Of a DNA stretch of 64,000 bases, positions 35,637-49,341 are shown one piece after another. Both the position numbers and the translations under genes were made by a program. The notes beneath the pieces were generated by a model. That model was not told the DNA's origin and searched no databases. It worked only from the letters and a program-made list of their open reading frames with translations. The number at the start of each line of letters is the position of its first letter. Within the stretch, counting starts at the first letter, position 1. This DNA is from Malacoraja senta (Eukaryota): assembly GCA_038087875.1 (NCBI GenBank), contig CM075979.1:6262001-6326000 (forward strand), read 5' to 3'.

Positions 35637-36984
35637 AGTAGAACCCAAGGACTCCAATGGTCTAGGAAGGAACAGCAGACGCTGGTTTAAACCGAAGATA
35701 GACACAAAATGCTGGAGTAACTCAGCCGGACAGGCAGCATCTCTGGAGAGAAGGAATGAAGAAGGGTCTCGAACCGAAACGTCACCCATTCCTTCTCTCC
35801 AGAGATGCTGCCTGTCCCGCTGAGTTAATCCGGCATCTTCGGCTCCAACGGTCCGGTCATGATTCCGTTCCGGTCACAATGTTTACTAATTATTTATGGA
35901 GATTGGGTAAAAATTTTATTTGTCAAAACACAAAATGGAAAATGGAAAATGTAGGAACAGAACATGCTTGTTTACTTTAGTTTAGGGATACAGCACAGAA
36001 ACAGGCCCTTCACCCCACCGAGTCCACTCCGACCAGCGATCTAACACAATCCTACACACACACTAGGGCCAATTTACAATTTCTCTGAAGCCATTTAACC
36101 CGCAAACCTGCAGGTCTTCGGAGTGTGTGAGGAATCCGTAGCACCCTCTAATCCAGGCATCGTTTCAGTGAACCATCTCTGCATCCTTTGTTTTGTATAC
36201 TCCCCTTATCAATATCCCAGATCTCTGAGTTGTATAATGCAGTTCCAGCCATGTTTCCTTGAGGCTCCTTGAGGATCATCTTACATCTTGAGTTTATCTG
36301 CCTTTGTCCACTGTCCACTTCAACTCATGGTCGGCCTTGACCCATTATCCCTGTACAAAATGTACCAGATATGTCCAGTTGTCTGGACATCTACATGGAC
36401 CTTTCTTTGCTATTCCTGTTGCCACCATTTTATTGCTTATATGTATTTCACCAAGCGAGAGGCCAATTATCTCTTACAATGGACCCAATGAAAGGAGAAG
36501 TTGGATGCAAAATGCTGGAACAACTCAGGGGGACAGGCAGCATCTCTGGAGAAAAGTAATGGGTGACGTTTCGGGTTGAGACCCTTCTTCTGAAGAACGG
36601 TTTTGACCTGAAACATCACCTAGAAGCATCTGCACTTCCTTCCTGCATCAATGAAATGAGAATATCTGAGCTGGCACCATGATCAACATGAATCCTACAG
36701 CGTTGGAACAAGTGACCTTCACAGAACAGGAGACATTACCTTATCCAGCTTCATGTCCTGAGAGACAGGTGAAAACCCTGAGGAAGATAGAACTGTGAAG
36801 GTGAAAATGGTTTAGAATGATCATTTTGCCCTTTACAAATTGTTACTCACCAATGCATGAGTCACACCATTTTAGAGCCCAATCCATCTTAGTGCGCACA
36901 CCTACTTAGTGCCACTGGCAGGCTCCCTCCTTCCATCAGCAGGGAATAGGCCAATCCTGAGACGTCTTACTTTAAACTTCAGAG

Positions 36985-37305
36985 ATTTAGTGTAGTTTAG
37001 CATTAGTTTAGAGATACAGTGCGCAAGCAGGCCCTTCGGCCCACCAAGGCCACGCTGACCAGCGATCCCTGTACACCAGCACTATCCTACACACTGGGGA
37101 CAATTTACAATGTATAGAAGCCAATTAATCTACAAACCTGCACGTCTTTGTAGTGTGGGAGGAAACCTGAGCACCCGGAGAAAACTCACACGGTCACTGG
37201 GAAAAAGTACAAACTCCTTACAGACAGCACCCATAGTCTGGATCGAACCCGGGTCTCTGACGCTGTTCTAAGGCAGTGCTCTACCGCTACTCCACTGTGC
37301 CGCCT
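36985..37305 (-). mobile_element. V-SINE (HE1-like), full length
   Basis: Reverse complement of the SINE consensus from (TTTAG)n tail to GGCGGCACAGTGG head. Confidence 0.8.
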
Positions 37306-38142
37306 TGTGAAGTATCTTTTGTGAAGGCCCCTCTTGTGAAGGCTCTTTACAAGGCATTTCACCTATTGTGAAGTATCTTTACATCTCTGTTCATGTTCAA
37401 CACATTTAATCAATTGCCTCAATAATACACCAAAATTGAGAGTCTGTCATATATATCAAAATGACAGTAGTTTTATATATTGAGGAAAGTTAAGTTGAAC
37501 TAGTTACAGTCATGGCAACAGAGGATAATTGATCAAGAACCATGGAAATAATTGTATCTCAGTTAAGAAGGATATTGAATCCCCAAATAATGCTGCCCTA
37601 GAATTTTGCATTTCTCAGCAATTTGCTCACAAATTTGTTCCGGTGTTCTCCGCAGACAGTTGAAGTTCTTGAGTAGACACAAGGAACTGCAGATGCTGGT
37701 TTACAAAAAAAAAGACACAAAGTGCTTGAGTAACTCAACGGGTCAGGCAGAATCTTGTGAGGACATGGATAAAGAAGGGTCCTGACCTGAAATGCCATCG
37801 ATCTATGATTTCCAGAGATGCTGCTTGACCCGTTGAGTTACTCCAGCACTCGGTGTCTTTTTTTAGAACTCTTGATTACAATCCAAGCATCGTGTGTCCC
37901 ATTTCACGACTTCAATTCCCATGGTCGTATTTGACGATTCTTCTCTCATCCCTCTCAAAGTTGGGCATGTTTCTCCAACCAAAATTGCCACTGCCCCCCT
38001 CTCTCCTTTTATAGTGTCTCAATCCTATTAGAAAAAAATATTAAGCTGTCCCTCTCTTTTTAAGCCATCTTTCAGGATTTGCTAAAGCATCATATTTCCA
38101 TGTATCTTTCAGTGTCATCTGCGCATCCATCTTGTTCTCCAG

Positions 38143-38435
38143 CTTAACTTAGCTTAGGTGAGAGATACAGTGTGGAAATAGGCCCTTCGGCCCACCGAGT
38201 CCATGCCAACCAACGATCACCCATACACTGGTTCCATCGGGCCAATTTACAGAAGCTAATTAACCTACAAACCTGCACATCTTTGGGATGTGGGAGGAAA
38301 CTGGAGAATCCTGGAGAAAACCCATGCGGTCACAGGAGAATGTACAAACTCTGCACAGACAGCACCCGTGGTCAGGATCGAACCTGGGTCTCTGGCTATG
38401 CAAGGCAGCAACTCTACCGCTGCCACTGTGCCACT
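38143..38435 (-). mobile_element. V-SINE (HE1-like)
   Basis: Same consensus as 36985-37305. Confidence 0.78.
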
Positions 38436-39219
38436 CCACAAATCTCCTCGCATATAGGTCTATACCATTAAATCCAGCAAGATCCTTCTATTTTTCGGTT
38501 TTATTTTCCAGTTCTTGTTTGCTTTGCTCACAGGTCAAAGCTTCCTCGTCATTTTTGCAACATTTGGATACGCAATATTTCAGGTCAAAGGCGAGGCAAT
38601 GTTTCAGTTCAGGACCCTTTATCGGACCTGAAATGTCATCCGTCCATTCCCTACAAAGATGCTGCCTGACCCGCAGAATTTTTCCAAGATGTTGTTTCTT
38701 AATCCTGAACGAATGCTGAAGTCTCTTGTAAGATTTGCCATCTTCCAGATAAGATGTTAAATGGTGGCTCACTGGATGGAGATAACTTACCCAGGGAACT
38801 TACTCCAGAATAGCAGAATTCGGCAAGATAATAGTGAGTAGTTTGAAAAGGTACTTCATTCTAGAATGAAGTTTAGAGATTGCGAAAAGGCTCCTAATCA
38901 TTTTAAAATCCACATCAGGGTTTATAGTTCAGTTTAGTTTAGAGATGCAGCATGAAAACAGGTCAGAGAAAGGCACAAAGTGTTGGAGTAACTCAGCTGG
39001 TCAGGCACCATCCCCGGAGAATGTGGATAGGTGACGGTTTAGGTCGGGACCCTTCTTCAGGCTGATTGCAGGGGTGGGGAATTGAGCAGCGAATCGGGCC
39101 AGGTCAAAGCATGCCAGGAAACAGGCCAATCGGCCTGCTGAATCCACACAACCATCGATCAGCGTTTCAAACTAGTTCTACCTTGTCTCGCTTCCAATTT
39201 CCCAGAGTCGCTGACCCAA

Positions 39220-40250
39220 CGCTTGGGCAGCTTACACCCCGGCGGTATGAATATTGATTTCTCTAACTTCAAGAGACACTTGGTATCCCCTCTCTCTCTG
39301 TCCCTTCCTTATCCTAGTCGTCGCACTAGTTTCACTGTTATCCTGTTGAGTTTCACTGTCTGCATAACTCGTTATCACCTGGCCCACAGTCAACAATGTA
39401 CCATTGTGGTCTCCACCATTCCTTGATCATCGTTACGGTGGAAGGCAGGAACGGGGTACTAATTGGGGATGATCAGCCATGATCACATTGAATGGCGGTG
39501 CTGGCTCGAAGGGCCGAATGGCCTACTCCTGCACCTATTGTCTATTGCCTATTGTTACTTTTTTGCATATCTTTCATTCATTTGTTCTATATCTCTCTAT
39601 ATCTATGTTGTGAGCAAATTTGGCACTGGCTCTGGAGAGGGTCCAAAGGAGGTTAACAAGAATGATCCCAGGAATGAGTAGGTTAACATATGGTGAGCGT
39701 TTGACGCCAATGGGCCTGTACTCGCTGGAGTTTAGAAGAATGAGGGGGGACCTCATTGAAACATACAGAATAGTGAAAGGCTTGGAGAGAGTGTATGTGG
39801 AGAGGATGTTTCCACTAGTGGGAGAGTCTAGGATTAGAGGTCATAGCCTCAGAATTAAAGGAAGGAAATGAGGAGGAATTTCCTTTAGTCAGTGGGTGGT
39901 GAATCTGGGAAATTCTTTGCCACAGAAAGCTGTCAATGGATATATTTAAGGCAGAGATAGATAGGTTCTTGATTAGTATAGGTGACAGAGGATATGGGGA
40001 GCAGGCATGAGAATGGGGTTAGGAGGGAGAGATAGATCAGCCATGATTGACTGGCAGAGTAGACTTGATGGGCCGAATGGCCTAATTCTGCTCCCATCTC
40101 TTATGATCTTATGATCACCGTCTATATCTCTCATTTCCCTTTCCCCTGACTCTCAGTCGGAAGAAGGGTCTGGACCCGAAACGTCACCTCTCCCTTTTCT
40201 CCAGAGATGTTGGCTGACCCGCTGAGTTACTCCAGCTTTTTGTGTCTATC
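39220..40250 (+). mobile_element. Penelope-like element 3' end with two nested CR1 fragments (~39437-39552, ~39610-40115)
   Basis: RLGSLHPGGMNIDFSNFK (GIY-YIG C-terminus) at ~39220-39275, UTR, then CCTGACTCTCAGTCGGAAGAAGGGTCTGGACCCGAAACGTC terminal repeat at ~40145-40250. Confidence 0.8.
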
Positions 40251-42074
40251 AATGCTCATCTAAACCCTCGAGACAATGGAGGGAAGATTTACTGACTCTT
40301 GCTTAGCTGCCCAGTATCATTCACCTCCATCTGTTTGGGGCATTATCCACTCTCAGGTTGCTGGGATCCCCTACACCTGTTTGGACACGTCCAGCTCTTT
40401 ATTAGTCGTCTGTGTCTGGACTGACCGGAGTCAGGCCCTTGAGCCAATCAGTCTTTGAAACCGCCAACCTTCCTGGCAACTCTATGCTTTCCAAGCAAGT
40501 TCTGTCTGATCGCAGCTATCGTCAACAACAACACACATGTAAAATACAGATGAAGCTAAGGAGGTGATGGAATAAAGGCATTGAAGACTGATGTGCAGTG
40601 CGCATGGTGGTGGGATTAAATAACATAACAGCCCAGACCTGGAAGATGGGAATGGGATGTAATAAATCTTCCACAGGGATTGTTGCAATCTTGCTTGGCC
40701 CACCAGGAGAGAGACCAACATTCCTGGCCTAACCTGCATGTAAATTGACTTCTTGTATGAATTATACAGAATTGGCCCGTTGTGAATGCGAGAAAACATT
40801 GTAGGTCTAATCGTCCAGGTGCGGCTTCCACCTCGCATTATCCTGTATCTGTACACTGTAAATGGCTCGATTGTAATCATGTATTGTCTTTCTGCTGACT
40901 GGTTAGCACGCGACAAAAGCTTTTCATTGTACCTTGGTGCCCTTGATAATAAACTAACTGATAATATCTACTGAAATGATTCTTAAAGTCTTGTAGGGAC
41001 ATCCTTAACAATGGAACAAACTCAGGCTGACTGGTTTTTTGAAGATAGGGCTGGATTAGATAATTTTATTCTCCAAGAATATCAAGACTCCTACCACCTA
41101 TGTCCAATCGAAGCATTGAATAGAGAAGGATTATAAACAAGTTGATGGGTTTTGGGACATCCCAGAAAATGGGCCCCATCTTGCCGGTGCTAGTTCGTTT
41201 GAAGGCCCATTCACCCCACTGCTTTCTTTATACCCCTCCACGCCCCCATCTCACAACATGCACTCCTTATAAAAAGGTAAATTCACGCTTTTGCATAACT
41301 TTTGATCAATTTGATAGAGGGAGGTGAATCTGTGGAATTCTGCGCCACAGATGGCTGTGGAGTCCAAGTCAATGGGTATTTTTACGGTGGAGATTGATGG
41401 ATTCCTGATTAGTATGGGTGTCAGGAGGAGAAGGCGGGAGAATGGGGTTGAGAGAGGATGATAGATCAGCCATGATTGAATGGCGGAGTAGAGTAGATGG
41501 GCCGAATGGCCTAATTTGCTCCTACAACGTTTGAACTTGTGAACTTATAATTTCTACATTGTTCAGAATGTTTCATCCAACTAATTAACATTGTTGACAC
41601 AAGGAACTGCAGGTGCTGGAATCTTCAGCAAAACACAAAGTGCTGGAGGAACTCGGCGGGTCAGGCAGCATCTGTGGAGGGAGTAAATAGGAAGCAAGGT
41701 CTAAAGAAGTGTCCGAACCCAAAATGTTGCCTGTCCATTCCCTCCACAGATGCTGCCTGACCAGTTTTGTTCCTCCAGCACTTTGTGTTTTGCTCAAGAT
41801 TGCAGCATCTGCAGTTCCTTTCACCAACATTTTCTTTTATTGGCCTTGCAGATGACCCTTGAAAACTGTAAAGTCCAGGTTCAGGAGCAACTTATGTCTG
41901 AAGAAGGGTCTCGACCCGAAAGGTCACCTATCCTTTTTCTCCAGAGATGATGCCTGACCCGCCAAATTACTTCAGCACGTAGTGCCTATCTTCAGGAATA
42001 GCTTCTTCATTACAACCATCAGGCTATTAAACACTACATCCTCTAAATAGGCTCACAACTATATAGACGGGGCA

Positions 42075-42118
42075 TTATTTTTGATTTTGCACTATTATTC
42101 TTAATTTGTCTGTTTTTG

Positions 42119-42181
<63 letters not shown>

Positions 42182-42241
42182 TATATATATATATATATTA
42201 TTTTTGATTTTGCACTATTATTGTCTTAATTTGTATTTTGT

Positions 42242-42301
<60 letters not shown>

Positions 42302-42392
42302 ACAAAAATACAAATTAAGACAATAATAGTGCAAAATCAAAAATAATATATATATATATATATATATATAATAATATATATATATATATATA
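42075..42392. repeat. (AT)n tracts with a tandem plus inverted duplication of a ~48-bp unit
   Basis: TTATTTTTGATTTTGCACTATTATT unit at 42075 and 42198, and its reverse complement at ~42295-42347. Confidence 0.9.
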
Positions 42393-43111
42393 CTGAAATT
42401 TTGTTTAAGAAAGAACTGCAGATGCTGGAAAAATCTAAGGTAGACAAAAAATGCTGGAGAAACAGCGGGTGAGGCAGCATCTATGGCGAGAATGAATTGG
42501 CGTCGTTTCAGGAGAGTCTGAAGAAGGGTTTCGACCCGAAACATCGGCAATTCCTTCTATCCATAGATGCTGCCTGACCCGCTGAGTTTCTCCAGCATTT
42601 TTTGTCGCCCCTGAACTTTTGTTGTTTATGATGGGTTTTATGGAGTACTGTGTTTACTATGTTGAGTTGGAAGAAGGGTCTCGACCTGAAACATCACCCA
42701 TTCCTTGTCTCCAGGGATGCTGCCTGTCCTGCTGAGTAGGGTGGTGAATCTGTGGAATTCTTTGCCACAGAATGCTGTGGAGGACAAGTCAATGGATATT
42801 TTTTAAGGCAGAGATAGATATATTGTCGATTAGTACGGGTGTCAGTGGTTATGGGGAGAGGGCAGGAAAATGGGATTAAGAAAGATAGATCAGCCACGAT
42901 TGAATGGCGGAGTAGACTTGATGGACCGAATGGCATAATTCTGCTCCTATCATTTATGACCTTATGAATTCTCTTATGAACTTCAGCATTTTGTGTTCAT
43001 CTACAATGTTTACTTATCTGTTGTGTTAAGAATGTCATCGTTCCATTTGGGGGACATATGACGGTAAAAACACTCTGGACTCTTTGCGTTTTGCCCAACA
43101 ACAAAGAAAGT

Positions 43112-43238
43112 CTGAAGAAGGGTTTCGGCCCGAAACGTTGCCTATTTCCTTCGCTCCATAGATGCTGCTGCACCCGCTGAGTTTCTCCAGCATTTTTGTG
43201 TACCTTCGATTTTCCAGCATCTGCAGTTCCTTCTTAAA
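43112..43238 (+). mobile_element. Solo Penelope-like terminal repeat beginning at the hammerhead core
   Basis: CTGAAGAAGGGTTTCGGCCCGAAACGTTGCCT...GCAGTTCCTTCTTAA flanked by AACAAAGAAAGT (43100-43111, 43239-43250). Confidence 0.85.
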
Positions 43239-44292
43239 AACAAAGAAAGTTCGTGATTTAGAAGCGCGCTGGAGCAAATTGATGCAATTGCGTCAAATTT
43301 CACCGTCAAGCCTTTCAGAATGAAGGGAGCCGTGCATATTAATGGTGACTGCACCAAATCCAACTCTGAAGGCCAATCGATTCATGTATACAATATTCTG
43401 TTGTGCTGCAGCAATGCAAGGATTTCATTGTCCTATCTGGGACACATGACAATAAAACTCTCTTGACTTGACTTGACTTGGTATATGCTGGACGCTGACA
43501 AGGGGGTGGGGGGGGGTGGGGGTGACACACGTTCTAACGCTCACTGATAAATGTGTCAGGACTAAAAAAAGACAAAGCGCGGCATCAGAAGGTCACTCAC
43601 TCGGTTCAGGCAACTCCACTAGGCTGTCGCCTGCCTCACCGGTGGCAATTGCAATGCATCTCGCCCGGGCCAGCGGGGAGTCCCCCATCAACGGCGTTGC
43701 GCCTAAAGTGACAAAGACAGGATTGCCGCTGAGCTACGGCAAGACCTGACTCACTTTTAATACGTCGCGCGTCCAAACCGCTGCTTCGTCCAAGCGATCC
43801 GACATGTGCGGCAGCTGTTGGCTTTAAAACACTGGCGCTCCGTGCATTTGTCACGCAGAAGATGACATTTGGTGCGCCTTTTGAAAACAAATTCAACGCA
43901 TTTCATTCTGCTGAGAAAAAATGCCATACCTTACCATAACTCATTTGATCCAAAAACAGACCAATATGAAGGATTTTGCAAAGGGTTTATTTAATCTCAA
44001 CTCACTTGTGCGTTCTGAATGGTGCATCTGAATTCGACATTTTTCAAGCATAAATATTACGGGAAAGTTTCAAAACCCGAATCGTAGTACCGTATTCTGT
44101 AGATACAAGGAACAGCGAACTGTCTTGGTTGCAACTGAGACTTCGAGTTTTTATTTTGCAATTATATAAATATTTGTAGCTTATTTGACTTTTTTTTGTC
44201 TATTATGTTATCTGTGAGTATTGTGTTTGCAGACCTGTTGTTCTAATGCAAGTGAAAACAATTCATTGTTCCGTTTGGTTTCGGTACATGTT

Positions 44293-44548
44293 TTAGTTCA
44301 GAGATACAGCGCGGTAACAGGCCCTTCGGCCCACACCGACCAGCGATCCCCGAACACTAACACTACCCTACACACACGAGGGAGAATTTACATATATACC
44401 AAACTAAATAACCGACAAACCTGTAAGTGTGGGAGGAAACCGGGGCACCCGCAGAAAACCCCACGCAGGTCGCGGGGAGTACGGTACAGGCAGCCCCCGT
44501 AGTGAGGATCGAACCCGGGTCTCTGGCGCTCTGCCGCTGCGCCACCGT
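44293..44548 (-). mobile_element. V-SINE (HE1-like)
   Basis: Reverse-complement SINE consensus with GGATCGAACCC B box and CCGCTGCGCCACCGTG head. Confidence 0.78.
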
Positions 44549-44962
44549 GACATACGACAATAAAACACACTTGACTCTTGATCATTGAGCGTAGATACCG
44601 TTTTACAAACCAAAACATATTCTGTATCACAGTAACTTTATTTCAGGTTACTGGTGTCCGTTAGGAGCTATTATGCAATAGAAAGGCAACCTTTAAGTGA
44701 GAAAGTGAGTAACACAAGGGTTTAATTGTGTACCGAGGGCACTACCGTGAGCTTTAACAGCGGTTAAAACACTGAACCTGGCACCTCTCCGAAGCTGTGA
44801 TTGGGACATGCACCCTGTCGGTGGTGAGAAGCCTCGCCGTTCACTCTTCCTCACAACTTGCCCGAGTGAGGAGACTTAACTTCAATTCCTCGTCTGTGGT
44901 TATGGATATGGATATATGTTTCACTAACAAATACGTTGCTGTTCGCATTCAAGGCCATTATT

Positions 44963-45110
44963 NNNNNNNNNNNNNNNNNNNNNNNNNNNNNNNNNNNNNN
45001 NNNNNNNNNNNNNNNNNNNNNNNNNNNNNNNNNNNNNNNNNNNNNNNNNNNNNNNNNNNNNNNNNNNNNNNNNNNNNNNNNNNNNNNNNNNNNNNNNNNN
45101 NNNNNNNNNN
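44963..45110. other. Assembly gap (148 N), followed by AT-rich low-complexity DNA to ~45520
   Basis: Run of N; (TA)n-rich flank. Confidence 1.
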
Positions 45111-45539
45111 AGTGTATGTATACAAACACATATATATATATGTATATATATGCACACACGCATATATATATTTATATACATAGCGTATGTACATAAATAT
45201 ATGTTGTTGCGCGCACGTGTGTGTGTATATATAACTATATATATAACAATACATATATAAACTGCTATATATATATAGTTACATTTATATCTTTATTGTT
45301 ATATATTGTTATTTATATCAGTTATACTATATATAACTATATATTGAATTGCTAATACATATATATGTATTGCACATATATGCAGCTATTTGCTATATAT
45401 ATAGCCACATTTTACAGAATATGTACAGTTAAATTTACAAAATATAGCCCCTCGTGTAAATGACTATATAGATATATCCGAATATGCGCTACCATATATA
45501 CTCTGCTTATATATTAAAATATACGCTTGTGCACATATT

Positions 45540-46090
45540 CTTGCACACGGGCGGGCGCACACACACGCATGAACACACATGCAGGCAAAGTTTTTTTTAA
45601 AAATAAGTTCACTTCAAAACAAGTCTATTCAGCGTGAAACCACTGGCCCGTGAGTCTGCCGATGATGCGGCTCCAGTGACTAGGAGTGAGTGAGCGAGCG
45701 AGCGTGGAGTGGGCTAGGTGGTGATGTAATAGGTAACCGTACATATGGGTATAAATATCATGGTCAGACGGTAAGTCAGTATGGCCGTAGCGTCGGGGGA
45801 AGAACACTTGACAGAGGGCTTCCCCCCTCCCCACCCTCCCCACCACCACCACCCCTCCCCTCCCCGAGTCCAAAGTTGACCATTTGGAGCGGTTGGCAGG
45901 TTGGAATCAAGGCAGCTGTTGCGGACGGACCTTCAACGCAGCCCCGCAATGTAAAGAGCGCATCCACTACGCCTTGAGCATTTGCCTTTAATTTTAATGT
46001 GCGCTCGGAATAAAAGCGAGAAAGTGGAGCTAGAGCCGAGGTATTTTTAGTGCAATAGATTCCCAACCACGTGTGCGCACGCTGATCGAG
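45540..46090 (+). promoter_or_regulatory. Putative fgf4 promoter/5'UTR region
   Basis: CpG-rich, repeat-free stretch directly upstream of the fgf4 ATG, with TATAAA at 45750-45755 and a C-rich (G4/Sp1-like) tract at ~45822-45865. Confidence 0.5.
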
Positions 46091-46397
46091 ATGTTCTGCA
46101 ACACAGCGATTCAGTCGGCCTCCTTGCCAATCCTGTTCCTTGGACTTGTGTCGGATTTGGTGCGCTGCGCTCCCCTCTCCGCCCGGCACAACACTACCTC
46201 GGAGCGCAAATGGGAGACGCTTCTGTCGCGCTCCATGCCTCGACTACCGGGCGACAGGAGGGCCATCAGCCGGGAGACGGACTATCTGCTGGGCATCAAG
46301 CGACTGCGACGCCTTTACTGTAACGTGGGCATCGGCTTTCACCTCCAAGTGCTGCCCGACGGGAAGATTAATGGCACACACAGCGAGAATCTACACA
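46091..46397 (+). CDS. fgf4: Fibroblast growth factor 4, coding exon 1 (signal peptide and start of FGF core)
   Basis: ATG at 46091; MFCNTAIQSASLPILFLGLVSDLVRCAP (signal peptide)...ERKWETLLSRS...DYLLGIKRLRRLYCNVGIGFHLQVLPDGKINGTHSEN; donor A|GTAAGT at 46398. N-terminus resembles fish/amphibian FGF4; position downstream of fgf3 argues for fgf4 rather than fgf6. Confidence 0.95.
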
Positions 46398-46449
46398 GTA
46401 AGTTGCGCTGCCACTAACTCTTGTCCCAACGGTATTCAGTATCTCCCCG

Positions 46450-47795
46450 GTCCGAAGGAGGATCCCGACCCGAATCATCACCTGCCCAAGACTTTCAGAG
46501 ATGCTGACTGACCCGCTGAGTTACTCCAGCACTTTGTGTGTGTGTGTGTTTTTCCCCTGTAAACCAGCATCTGCAGTTCCTCGTGCCAATACATGTCAAT
46601 GTTTGTTGAAGAAGGGTCTCGACCCATTCCTTCTCTCCAGAGATGCTGCCTGTCCTTGAGTTACTCTGGCATTTTGTATCTATCTTCTTTTGTTCTTTAT
46701 AGATATGTGTAGGAAGGAACTGCAGATGCTGGTTTACACCGAAGATAGACACACAAATGCTGGAGCAACTCAGCGGGACAGGCAGCATCTCTGGAAAAAG
46801 GGAACAGGTGACGTTTCTGGTCGAGACCCTTCTTCGGACCCTGTTCTCCAGAGATACTGGCTGGCCAGCCGAGTTACTCCAGCAGATAGATACAAAATTC
46901 TGGAGTAACTCAGCGGGGCAGGCAGCATCTCTAGAGATAAGGAATGCAGTTACTCTATCTGTATTTACAGCTAGATAAGTTGTAACTTTTTTGGGGACAC
47001 CTATTATGCATCCAATATTTATTTATTTATCATTCACCAAAAAAAAACGTTGTCAGTCTTATGGTTGGCTTTTACAGTCAACAGTTTTGTTGAGCGTGTC
47101 GGAAGGAACTGCAGGCGCTGGTTTGCACCGAAAGATAGACATAGAAAGGCTGGAGCAACTCAGCGGGTCGGGCAGCATCTCTGAAGAGAAGGAATAGGTG
47201 ACGTTTCGGGTCGAGACCCTTCTCCAGACTGAGTGATTCCACATGCAGCGCACCAGGAGAAGAAAGGGAGAACCAAATATTTTTGTCTATTTATGTGTAA
47301 ACATACAAATCGCAGACAAATAGACTGTCGCAGCGTTACAAGTGCCCTTTGGCGATAGGGTTTGAAGCGTGAGTTATTGCATGGGCGCCCTGGGACTGTG
47401 AGATTCGCGGTACAACTTGTTGCTGTTGTGTCTCCGTGGGATTGCTAAGCATTGGGGATTCTGATTTAATGTTCTTAAAGGGGCAGGACATGCACGTTGT
47501 CTCTGCTCCGCGTACAATGGGGATTGGAGTCGGGATAACCCCCTTGCAGGGCACCTTGCATTGTTATATCTCTCAATATCACGGTCTACGCCTCCCGTTT
47601 CCCCTCTCCCCTGACTCTCAGTCTGAAGAAGGGTCTCGACCCGAAACATCACCTGTCCATGTTCTCCAGAGATGCTGCTGCCTGACCCGCTGAGTTACTC
47701 CAGCATTTTCTGCGGTAGACAAAAGTGCTGGAGAAACTCAGCGGGTGCGGCAGCCGCTGAGTTTCGGGCCGAAACCCTTCCTCAGACTGTGTCTA
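46450..47795. mobile_element. Cluster of Penelope-like terminal repeats in both orientations, fgf4 intron 1
   Basis: Units at ~46450-46585(+), 46608-46685(+), 46706-46945(-/+), 47098-47232(-), 47560-47710(+; intact core at 47623), 47715-47790(-). Confidence 0.8.
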
Positions 47796-48123
47796 TCTGT
47801 GTCTATGTCTTTCTGTGGCTTTCTTCCCACTAAACTTTGTGCCTGCTTGAAATCCTAAAGGCGTCTTAATTTTGAAGTGATGTCGCTCCCCCTTTCTCCC
47901 CTCTCTCCCTCCCATCCACACAGACGCCGTGACCGGTTCAGATGCCCTTACCTCAGAGGCGATTTAAAACTACCAGCGTTTCACCGTTTGCATTCAGCCT
48001 TTTTTTTTTAAATCATGCTCTATTGTTGTGGCGGCTTCTGAACACCTCAGCTGGCGGAGTTCTTTGCAACGAACGTAGACAGCGCGCTTAATGTGTGTCT
48101 GTCTCTCTCTTTTCCCTGCACAG

Positions 48124-48227
48124 GCATTTTAGAGATTTCTCCGGTGGAAAGGGGGGTCGTCAGTCTCCTGGGAGTCAGAAGCGGCCTATTTGTAGCCATG
48201 AACGGCAAAGGCAAACTTTACGGATCG
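48124..48227 (+). CDS. fgf4: Fibroblast growth factor 4, coding exon 2 (104 bp)
   Basis: Polypyrimidine tract plus cAG|GC; (S)ILEISPVERGVVSLLGVRSGLFVAMNGKGKLYGS; donor TCG|GTAATT. Confidence 0.97.
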
Positions 48228-48941
48228 GTAATTATACCAAACGAGTTATTTAGTGTCGGTCTGCGAGAAAGTTCACACCGCGCGAACTGGAGACGCCACT
48301 CATGAACATCTATTATGCATTATACTTTTTTGTTGGACAAGATTTGCATTCTTGAATCCCGTATCGGGTCTATTGTGGGCGGTGGATGAAATATAGATAG
48401 AGGCTACTGCCACAGATCCGCATGTCCGTCTTTCAAGTGCATACCATTCTTTGCATTTCCAGCCAGCACACGCATCCACTGTCCTCCCCAGTAAAACATA
48501 GGATCAGTCAAAGTGGACCACCCATATTGTAGCCTTCCCACATATGAAGTGATTTCTTCCCCTCGAGAATTGAGTCTAGTAGCCTCTCTTTCTTTCTGAA
48601 CAAGTCGTGCCACGACTTACCTGCCGCAGAAACATCAACAAAAAAAACTGTTCAAAAGGAACTTGCAGCGGTAGTAATCTCACAAATGACACTACGTGTG
48701 AAGTTTTCAGTAAAATAATGTTTTCTCTGAACTGAATTGTGTAGACTTTAACTATTATTGGCGAAGAATGTCCCCCCTTTTTTCAACCCGTTTAAGTATG
48801 GGGAAGAGAAGGTTTCAGCATTAACATGCATCAGTAATGCCAAAAATTAATGTGAAATGACTTATTTGTATAATTACCAAATATAGCTACAAATATATAT
48901 ATATATATCTGCAGCCATCGATCGGTAGTTATGCAAACGAG

Positions 48942-49341
48942 NNNNNNNNNNNNNNNNNNNNNNNNNNNNNNNNNNNNNNNNNNNNNNNNNNNNNNNNNNN
49001 NNNNNNNNNNNNNNNNNNNNNNNNNNNNNNNNNNNNNNNNNNNNNNNNNNNNNNNNNNNNNNNNNNNNNNNNNNNNNNNNNNNNNNNNNNNNNNNNNNNN
49101 NNNNNNNNNNNNNNNNNNNNNNNNNNNNNNNNNNNNNNNNNNNNNNNNNNNNNNNNNNNNNNNNNNNNNNNNNNNNNNNNNNNNNNNNNNNNNNNNNNNN
49201 NNNNNNNNNNNNNNNNNNNNNNNNNNNNNNNNNNNNNNNNNNNNNNNNNNNNNNNNNNNNNNNNNNNNNNNNNNNNNNNNNNNNNNNNNNNNNNNNNNNN
49301 NNNNNNNNNNNNNNNNNNNNNNNNNNNNNNNNNNNNNNNNN
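48942..49341. other. Assembly gap (400 N) in fgf4 intron 2
   Basis: Run of N, ending in (CA)n. Confidence 1.

Noticed and set aside
46073-46090. GTG start given by the ORF track for fgf4
   Set aside because: Bacterial-style alternative start; the in-frame ATG at 46091 directly precedes the signal peptide.
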